A stretch of 64,000 nucleotides of DNA from a virus (IMGVR_UViG_3300027985_001053), one strand, 5' to 3'. Numbered from the stretch's first letter, positions 1-9,093 are shown. Numbers and translations: made by a program. Notes: generated by a model not told the origin, from the sequence alone.

Positions 1-1
1 G

Positions 2-538
2 GCAGGTAATAGAAATAATCTTAATATGTCTTTATATGCGACTCCTGCTGAAAGTTTATGCATGAAAGCTCGAGATAAAGCTTTAAGAGATTTCGGTAAA
101 ATTGAAGGAGTGACTACTAGGGAGTATTTTACTAATTCACATCATGTACCGGTGTACTACCCTATAACAGCTTTCGATAAAATAGCTTTAGAAGCTCCTT
201 TTAGTAAATTAGCTACAGCAGGAACCATTCTGTATAACGAGTTATCAGGAGATGCTATAGATAATATTCCTGCGGTTAAAGCTTTGGTAAGAAAAGCTAT
301 GGATAGTGAAGTACAGTACTACGCTGTAAATATTCCTAGAGATACTTGTAATGAATGTGGTCATAAAGGGTATGATCTTACAGCTTGTCCAAAATGTGGT
401 TCAAGTGAAATTAAACAGCTTAGAAGAATTACAGGTTATACTACTTCTGAGGTTAAGTATATGAACGATGGTAAGCAAGCTGAGGTTAGAGATCGTGTAA
501 AGCACATGAACTTTAATGCTATAGAAAAACTGATATGA
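2..538 (+). CDS. nrdD: Anaerobic (class III) ribonucleotide reductase large subunit, C-terminal part (gene starts upstream of window)
   Basis: Frame open from position 2; SLYATPAESLC, YFTNSHHVPV, CNECG..CPKCG zinc site and glycyl-radical loop LRRITGY. Confidence 0.95.
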   Translation, partial: AGNRNNLNMSLYATPAESLCMKARDKALRDFGKIEGVTTREYFTNSHHVPVYYPITAFDKIALEAPFSKLATAGTILYNELSGDAIDNIPAVKALVRKAMDSEVQYYAVNIPRDTCNECGHKGYDLTACPKCGSSEIKQLRRITGYTTSEVKYMNDGKQAEVRDRVKHMNFNAIEKLI

Positions 539-990
539 GAATAATAGGCTATACTCAGGATTCTACAGCAGATGGTGAAGGTTTACGGGACGTGTTATTT
601 GTTTCCGGATGTGATCATCGTTGTAGTTCTTGTCATAATAAAGAGAGCTGGTCCCCTGAAAAGGGGATTTTCTTCTCTAAGGGTATGAAAGCTAAGTTTA
701 TAGCTTATGCTAAAAGGTTGAATCCTCCAGCGGTAACTTTGTCTGGAGGAGATCCTTTATACGAAAGTAATTACGAAGAGATTATAAAGCTTTGCGAAGA
801 ATTAAAAGTAGAGGGAATAAATATTTGGCTTTATACCGGATATACTTTAGAAGAAATAAAAAATCTTCGCCCAGGTATTCTAAAAGTAGTAGACGTTATT
901 GTTGATGGTAAGTTTGATAAGTCATTAAGTGCTGAAGCTCCTTTGTTTAGAGGATCTTCCAACCAAGAGATACATAGGAGCCCATTTTAA
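535..990 (+). CDS. nrdG: Class III RNR activating enzyme (radical SAM)
   Basis: CxxxCxxC (CDHRCSSC), TLSGGDP, WLYTGYT, VDGKF, FRGSSNQ; ATGA overlap with nrdD stop. Confidence 0.95.
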   Translation: MRIIGYTQDSTADGEGLRDVLFVSGCDHRCSSCHNKESWSPEKGIFFSKGMKAKFIAYAKRLNPPAVTLSGGDPLYESNYEEIIKLCEELKVEGINIWLYTGYTLEEIKNLRPGILKVVDVIVDGKFDKSLSAEAPLFRGSSNQEIHRSPF

Positions 991-3195
991 ATGAAAGAGT
1001 GGAATAGTTTTGTAATAGATCCTCAATGGAGTGATAATATAGATGTTAAATCTTTTATGAGATGCAATCTTACGCCTTATGATGGAGATGATTCTTTCTT
1101 AGAGCCTCCTACAGGAGCTACATTATCTCTATGGAGAACTCTCAAAGAGATAGGATTAGATACTAAGAGAACCGATACATCAAAAGTAGGAAGTATCATA
1201 TCTCATAAAGAAGGTTATATAGACCAAGCATTAGAGAAAATAGTAGGACTACAATCTGAAAAGCCTCTTGAGAGTACCATTATTGCTCAAGGAGGTATTC
1301 GGTTAGTAGAAAAAACCCTTAATTCTTTAGGGTCCGATTTACCTCCAGAGGTTCGTAAAGCTTTTACTGAATATCGTAAGACTCATAATGACGGGGTTTT
1401 CGATGCTTATACAGAAGATATTCTTAAAGCTAGGAAGTCTGGAATTATTACAGGGCTTCCGGATGCCTATGGAAGAGGACGTATTATAGGGGATTACCGA
1501 AGAGTACCTCTTTATGGGGTATCGATTCTTTTAAAGGATAAGTTATCTCAAAAAGAATCAATTAGTGATGTTCTAACCGAGGAAACTATTAGACTTCGAG
1601 AAGAGCTTTCTGAGCAAATAAAAGCATTAAAAGATTTAATAACGTTAGGAAATAATTATGGGTTTGATTTAACTAGACCAGCTAATTCTGCTAGAGAAGC
1701 TATTCAGTGGTTATATTTCGCTTATTTAGCTGCTGTAAAACAACAAAACGGTGCTGCTATGAGTCTAGGAAGAACATCATCGTTTATAGATATCTATATA
1801 GAACGAGATATTCGTTCCGGTATTCTTTCGGAAATTGAAGCCCAAGAACTTATTGACCAATTTATTATGAAGTTAAGAATTGTTAGATTTCTAAGAGCTC
1901 CCGAGTATGACGAGTTATTTAGTGGGGATCCTGTGTGGATTACAGAATCTCTAGGAGGTATGACCTCTGAGGGAGGGCATCAGGTAACTAAAACATCTTT
2001 TAGGTATTTACACACTCTGTATAATCTTGGAGCGTCTCCTGAGCCTAATTTGACCGTTTTATGGGATGATAATTTACCAAGACCTTGGAAGGAGTTTTGT
2101 GCTAAAGTATCTATAGATACTAGTGCTATTCAATACGAAGATGATTTCCAAATGAGAGCTAAATATGGTGATGACTTCTCTATAGCTTGTTGTGTCTCTG
2201 GAATGACTACAGGTAAATCTATGCAATTTTTTGGAGCTAGAGCTAATCTAGCAAAAGCTCTTTTATATGCTATTAATGGAGGTAAGGATGAATTGTCAGG
2301 AGTACAAGTTTCTACGGAGCTAGAACCTATCTCCTCCGGAGTTTTAGATTTTGAAGATGTTTGGAACAGATTAGATATTACTTTAGATTGGGTAGCTAAA
2401 ACATACATAGATGCTTTAAATATTATTCATTATATGCATGATAAGTACTCTTACGAGAGTTTACAAATGGCTCTTCATGACCTATCCGTATGCCGTAATA
2501 TGGCCTGTGGGATAGCTGGATTATCCGTTTTGGTAGATTCGTTGTCAGCTATTAAGTATGCACAGGTAACTCCTGTTTTTGATTCAAGAGGAATTGTGTC
2601 ATCCTATACTACTGTTGGAAGTTATCCTTCTTTTGGAAATAATAATGATAAAGTAGATCTTTTAGCTAATAAAGTTATAGAGCTTTTTTTAGAAAAATTA
2701 AAGAAGCAAACTACCTATAGGGCATCTACAGTTACATTATCTATTTTAACAATTACTTCTAATGTAGTATATGGAAAAAAGACAGGTGATACACCTTGTG
2801 GTAGGAAAAAAGGGGAACCTTTTGCACCAGGAGCAAATCCTATGCATGGAAGAGAGTTTTCTGGACCGTTACATGCAATGAAATCGTTGACAAAGTTAGA
2901 TTACAACTTAGCTGAAGATGGTATCTCGTATACTTTCAGCATAGCTCCTTCATCTCTAGGTAAAGATCTAGAGGAACAAACTACTCGATTAGTAAGTTTG
3001 CTAAATATATATTTTAGGGAAGGTGGACAACATATAAATATGAATGTTTTCGATAAAAATCTTTTGCTAGATGCTTTAGAAAATCCTAATAAGTATCCTT
3101 ATCTGACTCTAAGAGTTTCCGGATATGCGGTTAGATTTAATAGCTTAACGAAAGAACAAAAAGAAGATGTTATTAATAGGACGATTCATACTTGA
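991..3195 (+). CDS. pflB: Pyruvate formate-lyase (formate C-acetyltransferase), full length
   Basis: [22 protein letters not shown], catalytic IACCVS (C400/C401), [11 protein letters not shown], glycyl-radical LRVSGYAV (G711); starts immediately after nrdG stop. Confidence 0.96.
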   Translation: MKEWNSFVIDPQWSDNIDVKSFMRCNLTPYDGDDSFLEPPTGATLSLWRTLKEIGLDTKRTDTSKVGSIISHKEGYIDQALEKIVGLQSEKPLESTIIAQGGIRLVEKTLNSLGSDLPPEVRKAFTEYRKTHNDGVFDAYTEDILKARKSGIITGLPDAYGRGRIIGDYRRVPLYGVSILLKDKLSQKESISDVLTEETIRLREELSEQIKALKDLITLGNNYGFDLTRPANSAREAIQWLYFAYLAAVKQQNGAAMSLGRTSSFIDIYIERDIRSGILSEIEAQELIDQFIMKLRIVRFLRAPEYDELFSGDPVWITESLGGMTSEGGHQVTKTSFRYLHTLYNLGASPEPNLTVLWDDNLPRPWKEFCAKVSIDTSAIQYEDDFQMRAKYGDDFSIACCVSGMTTGKSMQFFGARANLAKALLYAINGGKDELSGVQVSTELEPISSGVLDFEDVWNRLDITLDWVAKTYIDALNIIHYMHDKYSYESLQMALHDLSVCRNMACGIAGLSVLVDSLSAIKYAQVTPVFDSRGIVSSYTTVGSYPSFGNNNDKVDLLANKVIELFLEKLKKQTTYRASTVTLSILTITSNVVYGKKTGDTPCGRKKGEPFAPGANPMHGREFSGPLHAMKSLTKLDYNLAEDGISYTFSIAPSSLGKDLEEQTTRLVSLLNIYFREGGQHINMNVFDKNLLLDALENPNKYPYLTLRVSGYAVRFNSLTKEQKEDVINRTIHT

Positions 3196-3307
3196 GCCAA
3201 CTTATTCTTGAGAGAGTTATTTGAAGATTTAAATAAAACATATAGCATTATATGGTACTTACTATATATTATATGACAAGATCTTTTAACATTTATAGGA
3301 GGCATAA

Positions 3308-3817
3308 ATGAATTTATTAAACAAGGATGTTTTTATACTGAAAACATCCACCGTTGGGCATGTTGTTGGTATTTCACTTGATATTAGAGGAACAGAGGTA
3401 ACCTCGTATTTAATAACTTCGGAAGACAATATTGAAGGAACCTGGTACTTTCGTTCTGAGTTTGAGGTTCTTGGTCAGAAAGAAACTAAGATGTCGAAAT
3501 ATCTATCTTTAGAAGAATTTGTAACTAAAGGTTATCTTCAAGAAGCTAATCGACGATTTTTCCATCCGATAGGATTAGCTTTAGAGATAGCCATTACAGA
3601 TTGCAAAGATGGCTCTGAACTCTATACTTTCTCAGGTATAAGAGATTCTCGAGAAGATGAGGAGGGTTTTATATTTGACCTAGAGCACTCTAAGAATGGT
3701 AGGTTGCTAAGGTTTAAGAATAATGCAAAATTCATTGATTCGGAGATTGCTAAACGTTCTTGTAAAAGATTAAATCTCTTTAATAGTATTGTAGAGCCAC
3801 TTAAAGGTCCTACCTGA
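3308..3817 (+). CDS. Hypothetical phage protein
   Basis: 169-aa ORF with AGGAGG RBS. Confidence 0.7.
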   Translation: MNLLNKDVFILKTSTVGHVVGISLDIRGTEVTSYLITSEDNIEGTWYFRSEFEVLGQKETKMSKYLSLEEFVTKGYLQEANRRFFHPIGLALEIAITDCKDGSELYTFSGIRDSREDEEGFIFDLEHSKNGRLLRFKNNAKFIDSEIAKRSCKRLNLFNSIVEPLKGPT

Positions 3818-4087
3818 TAGTCTATATTTTATTAGACTAATTCCTAAAAAGTTTTAGTTATAAACGGTAGTGAGGTTTAAAGGGAACATGAATAAGCTCG
3901 ACCGAAGAACCGGGGCTTTATATGACTAGCTATTTATTAGAGTTATATAAGGCTAAAAACCTTTGACCGTACCAAGCGGTATAAAAGTTATGGCGTGGAG
4001 TCTGTGGTAGGCATTTACTTCGTTAACATAAACATACCATCGAGAGTTCTAATAGATAGAAACTAATGCAGTTCGTGAATCTGCGGT

Positions 4088-4197
4088 GGGCAATTGGCAC
4101 TGGTGTCCTAATGTAAGAATAGTGGCTTGCAATGTATGTTGCAATCTTTATTATAATGCCTTACTTTATATCCCTGGTTCGATTCCAGGGTTGTCCA
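4088..4197 (+). ncRNA. tRNA-like element (canonical T-arm and acceptor stem, non-canonical middle)
   Basis: CCTGG-TTCGATT-CCAGG T-arm (4173-4189), then GTTGTCC-A that pairs with GGGCAAT (4088-4094) including G3:U70; no convincing D or anticodon arm; 110 nt. Confidence 0.4.
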
Positions 4198-4223
4198 TTA
4201 CTTTATAGGTTAATTTTCGGGGA

Positions 4224-4520
4224 TCATCTCGGATCCTCACCAAACCCTTTAAAAGGTTTTAGATTCTCCAGGTAGAACGGGTGGTTTAATAGATGGTCTA
4301 TAACGTCTGTTCGGAACCACTCCCCTCTTAAGTGATATCTCTTACATATTCCGTGCAAGTGTTGTTCAAAATTACTTTCAACATTTTCCAAGGTATATAA
4401 AATTCGTAAACTTGAAACATTAGAAGTTTGAAGTGTAGCTAATCTACTCTTTAAATCAGAGGTTCTTCCTATTTTTATACTATGAGATTTTCGATCAAGA
4501 ATGAAATATATTGTCACCAT
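4224..4520 (-). CDS. GIY-YIG-like (T5orf172/MUG113-type) nuclease domain protein
   Basis: IYFI..IKIGRT..L..RL..LQT..EQHLH..GEWF motif set. Confidence 0.75.
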   Translation of the reverse strand: MVTIYFILDRKSHSIKIGRTSDLKSRLATLQTSNVSSLRILYTLENVESNFEQHLHGICKRYHLRGEWFRTDVIDHLLNHPFYLENLKPFKGFGEDPR

Positions 4521-4591
4521 ATACTACAATAGTAAGCACTAGGATTTAGTTTAAAAATTCTCTACTATTATTTAGAGCAGGAGGTAATATA

Positions 4592-4945
4592 ATGTCAAAA
4601 TATTTAATTGACGTAGGAGTTGATGATCTTTCGTTAACTCTATTTATAGGGGAAGAAGGAAAAATACTATTCTTAGATAAAATAGAGGTTCTAAAAGCTT
4701 CAGGTCACGATATCAACGTAGAGGAGGGAGCGTTAGAGTATGCTCAAGGTTTATTTATTCCAGGAGCTCTCTGGGTAAAAGACTGGAATAGGAAAATTCT
4801 TCTACATGAGATGCAGCACTTTTTTGATGATCTTTTTGAAGAATTATCTATTACTCAGGAGGATGAAGCTAAAGCTATTTTCATGAGTAATATTTTGGAT
4901 AAAGTTTTATCTCTTAGAGATAAGTTTTTGGAGGAAAGTAAATGA
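4592..4945 (+). CDS. Hypothetical protein with HExxH-like motif
   Basis: LLHEMQH; GGAGG RBS. Confidence 0.6.
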   Translation: MSKYLIDVGVDDLSLTLFIGEEGKILFLDKIEVLKASGHDINVEEGALEYAQGLFIPGALWVKDWNRKILLHEMQHFFDDLFEELSITQEDEAKAIFMSNILDKVLSLRDKFLEESK

Positions 4946-5400
4946 CTTCTGTAGAGTTAACAAAAGAACATATTCTAAATGTTAAGAATAAACTAGCTAT
5001 AGTTATAGGGATTCTCGAATCTCGAGGTATTTCTCACGATAATTCTAAATTAGAAGACCCAGAGGTATCTATTTTTGATATTTATACTGATAAATTGAAG
5101 TTGTGTACCTATGGATCGGAAGAGTACTATCGTTATCTTAAAAGCATGAAACCTGCGTTAGACCATCATTATGCTAAAAATGCACATCATCCTGAGCATT
5201 ATTTAGATGGTATTAGCGGAATGACTTTGATAGATATTGTAGAAATGTTTTGTGATTGGGTGGCTGCTACAGAAAGGCATTCAGATGGCAATATTTATAA
5301 ATCTATAGATCTTAATAAAGATCGATTCAATATCCCAGAAGAGCTATGTAGTATTTTTAAAAATACTGCCAGGGAAGTTTTTGGAAAGGAGCTTATTTAG
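4942..5400 (+). CDS. DUF5662-like HD-related phage protein
   Basis: HDNSK, HHYAKNAHHPEH, EMFCDW motifs. Confidence 0.7.
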   Translation: MTSVELTKEHILNVKNKLAIVIGILESRGISHDNSKLEDPEVSIFDIYTDKLKLCTYGSEEYYRYLKSMKPALDHHYAKNAHHPEHYLDGISGMTLIDIVEMFCDWVAATERHSDGNIYKSIDLNKDRFNIPEELCSIFKNTAREVFGKELI

Positions 5401-5536
5401 TGACTGATTTAATTAAATTACATTCGATACTAATAAATTTAGGTGAGGTTCCTAGAGTACGAGGGAATTACATGTTTTTAGATAGACTTGTTTTTGAGTT
5501 TTCGTCCGAAGGGGACCTTATTAAGGTGGTTGATAT

Positions 5537-6067
5537 ATGATAATATTTTATGATTTTGATGGCGTTCTAGCTGATACACATGAGAATCTTTTGAGACTTT
5601 ATAATAAAGATTTTGATGACACTGTTTCCAAGAGTGATATTACTGAGTGGAATTTAGCATCTTTTGTTAAACCGGAAGCTAAAACCAAGATTTTTGATTA
5701 TTTGTTTAGTGAAGGTTTTTATGATAATGTAAAACCTAATAAGGATTTTATTGAAGCAGCTAAACGAAATATAGAGTTAGGTCATACTGTTGGAGTTGCT
5801 ACAGCATGTAATAATAATGTTACAATGATTTCAGGGAAGTTAGCATGGCTTGAAAAGCACTGTCCTTTTATAGACTTAAAAAATCTAATTATCGTTGATA
5901 ATAAAGGCCTTTTAAAAGGAGACCTTCTGGTAGACGATAAGCTTCAGAACTTAGAAGATTTTGTGGCAGCAAATCCTTTAGGAAAAGGATTGCTTGTTAG
6001 AATGGCTCATAATCAAAATGACGTGCTACTTACTCCCCGGATAAAGCACACTACTAGGACATATTGA
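5537..6067 (+). CDS. 5'(3')-deoxyribonucleotidase (HAD, NT5C-like)
   Basis: DFDGVLAD motif I, K..WL..H.PF, LLVDD motif IV. Confidence 0.85.
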   Translation: MIIFYDFDGVLADTHENLLRLYNKDFDDTVSKSDITEWNLASFVKPEAKTKIFDYLFSEGFYDNVKPNKDFIEAAKRNIELGHTVGVATACNNNVTMISGKLAWLEKHCPFIDLKNLIIVDNKGLLKGDLLVDDKLQNLEDFVAANPLGKGLLVRMAHNQNDVLLTPRIKHTTRTY

Positions 6068-6192
6068 CACTAAAAAGATAGCTATAGTTTGTTAATGCGT
6101 CATTATGTTACACTTTTAATGAGTTAAAGTGTTATTATGACTCACTCGTCATTAAAAGGTTCGACCTAAATGTGTTTTTAGTCAAGGATATG

Positions 6193-6209
6193 TTGGCACG
6201 GACTTTGCT
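6193..6209 (+). promoter_or_regulatory. Sigma54 (-24/-12) promoter upstream of hsp20
   Basis: TTGGCACGGACTTTGCT matches TGGCAC-N5-TTGC(A/T); GG at 6195-96 and GC at 6207-08; AGGAG RBS at 6221-25. Confidence 0.75.
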
Positions 6210-6233
6210 TTATAGCTAATAGGAGATTATTTT

Positions 6234-6626
6234 ATGAAAACTTATGATTTATTAACAGATTTATTTAACACAATGGATAGTATGCTAGAGACTCCTAGCA
6301 ATTTTAGTAAACAAACCCCTTCTTATGATGTAGTCGAAAAAGACGCTGAATTTCAGCTTAATATTTTAGCTCCAGGGGTATCTAAAGAGTCTATCGTTCT
6401 AAAAACTGAAGGTAGACTCCTTAATATAGTTGCCACCTCGGCTTATAGCGTTGATGAAAAAGATGGTTCTGTAACTAAAGGAATAACTGATTTATCGTTT
6501 GAAGTTACTTTTAAACTTCCAAGTTCAATAGATACTACTAATATTTCGGCTACTATCTTTGACGGTATTTTATCCATAAAGTTAGCTAAATCTAAAGATT
6601 TTACAAACTTTATTAAGGTTAACTAG
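6234..6626 (+). CDS. Small heat-shock protein (Hsp20/alpha-crystallin)
   Basis: APGVSKESI, F.LP..ID...I.A...DGILSIKL alpha-crystallin signature. Confidence 0.88.
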   Translation: MKTYDLLTDLFNTMDSMLETPSNFSKQTPSYDVVEKDAEFQLNILAPGVSKESIVLKTEGRLLNIVATSAYSVDEKDGSVTKGITDLSFEVTFKLPSSIDTTNISATIFDGILSIKLAKSKDFTNFIKVN

Positions 6627-6668
6627 AAATAAGTATTCTTTCATGATACTATGGTCTGAGGAGATTAT

Positions 6669-7079
6669 ATGAAAGAATACTTATTACAGCTAAAAGAAAC
6701 CGAGGATAAGTTAGCTAATATTGTTAAAGAAATACAGGAGAAAAAAGTTTCTTACGAGTCTTTGATAAAAGATTTAGTCGAAACAAAAAGTGTTTTAGAG
6801 TCAAAAGTTACGTCTTTAAAACAAGCGATTAACCCTTTAGCTTTAGCTGAGTTTATAGGAACGGGTTCTAAAAAATTGGAAGGTGGGGTAGGTATACGGT
6901 CGTCTAAAAAAATTAAGTATGACCCAGCTAAAGCTTTAGATTTCGCCAAAGAAAAAGATATGTTTCTGACTCTTGATGTAAAAGCTTTTGAGAGTGCTGC
7001 TCCTAAGTTAGGGCTTACGTGGGTAACGGTTGATACAGTACATAGTGTTACGTTCCCAAAAGTAATATTACTAGACTAA
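6669..7079 (+). CDS. Coiled-coil phage protein, Gam/Gp157-like
   Basis: N-terminal coiled coil, then GVGIR..KKI.YD...A..FA segment typical of Gam-like proteins. Confidence 0.4.
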   Translation: MKEYLLQLKETEDKLANIVKEIQEKKVSYESLIKDLVETKSVLESKVTSLKQAINPLALAEFIGTGSKKLEGGVGIRSSKKIKYDPAKALDFAKEKDMFLTLDVKAFESAAPKLGLTWVTVDTVHSVTFPKVILLD

Positions 7080-7112
7080 ACTCCTAAAAGTAACTATTCA
7101 TTTTAGGAGTTT
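7072..7112 (+). promoter_or_regulatory. Sigma70-like promoter inside a perfect 12-bp anti-SD hairpin
   Basis: TAGACT-17-TATTCA; AAACTCCTAAAA (7078-89) pairs with TTTTAGGAGTTT (7101-12), which contains the RBS. Confidence 0.7.
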
Positions 7113-7114
7113 TT

Positions 7115-7621
7115 ATGAGTGAACCATGTTTAATGCTTAGTCTAGATATTGATAGAGATATGTTTATAGAGTTTATAAGCTCTTTGGACGAGGCTCTTAT
7201 TGATCCTACGGAGGGTATTGAATGGTTTAACCATGTTACCGTGTTATATGGTATTAAAGATCCTGGGAACTCTACATTACAACTTGCGAAATTAATAAAC
7301 TCTATGCACTCCTTCCCGATAAAATTAGGGAAGGTTTCTTTTTTTAGAACAAATCCTGACTTTGATGTTTTAAAAGTTGAGGTAGAGTCTAAAGAACTAC
7401 TTGTATTTAATTCATTAGTAAGGTCTTTGGTTCCTTATGAAAATTCTTATCCAGAATATATTCCGCATTTTACAATAGCTTATGTTAAGAAAGGAGCTTT
7501 TGATTATCTTGAAGGTTCTGATTATTTTCAAGGATTAAGTTTCTTTCCTAGGGAAGCTACTTTATCCTTCTCCGATAGGTCTTGTCTAGATATTCCTTTC
7601 TATAACAGTAAAAAATTATAG
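7115..7621 (+). CDS. 2H phosphoesterase (2'-5' RNA ligase/Acb1-like)
   Basis: Two HxT motifs: HVTVLY (H40) and YIPHFTIAY (H118). Confidence 0.8.
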   Translation: MSEPCLMLSLDIDRDMFIEFISSLDEALIDPTEGIEWFNHVTVLYGIKDPGNSTLQLAKLINSMHSFPIKLGKVSFFRTNPDFDVLKVEVESKELLVFNSLVRSLVPYENSYPEYIPHFTIAYVKKGAFDYLEGSDYFQGLSFFPREATLSFSDRSCLDIPFYNSKKL

Positions 7622-7628
7622 AAACCTG

Positions 7629-7667
7629 TTTACAAAAATATTCTTAAAGGTTAAGATACTTTAAGGA
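7629..7667 (+). promoter_or_regulatory. Sigma70-like promoter inside anti-SD hairpin
   Basis: TTTACA-17-TAAGAT; TTCTTAAAG (7641-49) pairs with CTTTAAGGA (7659-67). Confidence 0.6.
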
Positions 7668-7677
7668 GTAAACAAAA

Positions 7678-8793
7678 TTGAATCTCATAAAAAAATTTAA
7701 ATCCGCAGACCATTGGTTAGATTTATATCTAATGTTTATCAGTATAGGTCTAAACGCCTATTCATTTTTTGGAATAATGACTTTTGAATCAGTATTACCA
7801 AAAATCTTTATAGCTTCCTTTGGAGCATCTTTAGTTCTTTTACAAGTTAATGTTCTTCGTAAATGGAAGGTAACGAAAAAGGGTTCTCTGCTCATAACTT
7901 ATAGTATATGTACCTTTTTTTCATTATTAAGTACATGTTATCTAATTACGTCCCTTACTTTAGGTAAAACGGTCGAACGAAACTCTACGTTAGATGTTAT
8001 ATCTAGACAGATCGATGATTTATTAGCAGATAAGGAACGTTTGATAGTATCAAATGATGCTATCACAACAACAAATAATTTGCTAACTTCCAGTATAAAC
8101 GACATTAAAGATGATAAATCTTTTTATGGTGATAATTTCTATACTTTGAAAAAACAAGCTACTGCTCAAATTGCTGATAAAGAGCAAAATATCCTTCTAA
8201 ACATAGAAGCTCAAAAAGAAAATAATCTTGAGATTCAGAATATTGCTGCTAAGATTTCTAAGCTACGATCTGACAAAGCCCTATTGGTTTCCTCCGGAGA
8301 ATCTGATGGCTTTGAAAAATTAGCGAATGCCTTAAATATTCCTTATGAAATTCTTCTAGTAGTTTCTTTTTTCTTATTAGCCTCTGTCCTAGAGTTAGGT
8401 ATTTTTATTCTAACTCCTGCTTTAGGGGAGTTTTCAGAGAAGGAAGAACATCGTTTGGTGGAAGACCTTTTAAATAAACTTGAAGTCACAGAACTAGAGT
8501 TAAAAGCTTTAGAGAAAACTTCTACTACAGTACAGCGTCCTACGATTGATAAATATATAGATGCTTTGTTTTCTACAGGAACTAAAAAGTTAGCTAAGAA
8601 AGAAGATGTTGCTAGAATCACAGGTTATAATGCTAACGTGTGTGATGATTTTCATATAAAACTAACCAATAAGTTTGGCAGTAAGAAAGTTCCTTTTATT
8701 CAAACGGAACGAGGACGAGGAACATTCTCAGTTTATACACGAGAAGAAATTAAAAATGAAATTAGTATAAAACCACAAAAGGTGAGAGCATAG
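7678..8793 (+). CDS. Membrane protein (3 N-terminal TMs, coiled coil, further TM)
   Basis: Hydrophobic segments and heptad-rich middle; TTG start with AAGGAG RBS. Confidence 0.65.
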   Translation: MNLIKKFKSADHWLDLYLMFISIGLNAYSFFGIMTFESVLPKIFIASFGASLVLLQVNVLRKWKVTKKGSLLITYSICTFFSLLSTCYLITSLTLGKTVERNSTLDVISRQIDDLLADKERLIVSNDAITTTNNLLTSSINDIKDDKSFYGDNFYTLKKQATAQIADKEQNILLNIEAQKENNLEIQNIAAKISKLRSDKALLVSSGESDGFEKLANALNIPYEILLVVSFFLLASVLELGIFILTPALGEFSEKEEHRLVEDLLNKLEVTELELKALEKTSTTVQRPTIDKYIDALFSTGTKKLAKKEDVARITGYNANVCDDFHIKLTNKFGSKKVPFIQTERGRGTFSVYTREEIKNEISIKPQKVRA

Positions 8794-8802
8794 GAATTTA
8801 TT

Positions 8803-9093
8803 ATGGAAGATAGTTTAGTAAGTAACTCTTATAAAATGTTTAATTTAAATGATGTTGTAAAAATAGAAAAATCTTTAGACTCCTTAGGGTCTGATTCTTC
8901 ATTTTGTATTATTCTCTCGACAGAAGGACGAGGATTGATAGAAATGTCTGAAGAAGAGGTTGATTTTGCAGATAAGTATGTTCTTAGGGCCGTTACAGAT
9001 AAAGAGAAAAAAAGTTCAGCGTATAAAACTTTCTTAACGGTGACAGGGATGACTCCTTATGAACCGGAATATGGAGTTGCTACGTTATTTTAA
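8803..9093 (+). CDS. Hypothetical protein
   Basis: 96-aa ORF in operon context. Confidence 0.55.
   Translation: MEDSLVSNSYKMFNLNDVVKIEKSLDSLGSDSSFCIILSTEGRGLIEMSEEEVDFADKYVLRAVTDKEKKSSAYKTFLTVTGMTPYEPEYGVATLF

Noticed and set aside
3882-4197. Definitive tmRNA, RNase P RNA or group I intron call
   Set aside because: The GGGAAC 5' end pairs only with a bulge, and I found no Ala-Ala-ending tag, RNase P GAGGAAAGUCC core or intron R/S elements. Kept only as an unassigned structured RNA.
6193-6219. CIRCE (HrcA operator) upstream of hsp20
   Set aside because: TTGGCACGG-N9-TATAGCTAA has the right spacing but only 6/9 and 5/9 matches and is not self-complementary; the sigma54 match is exact.
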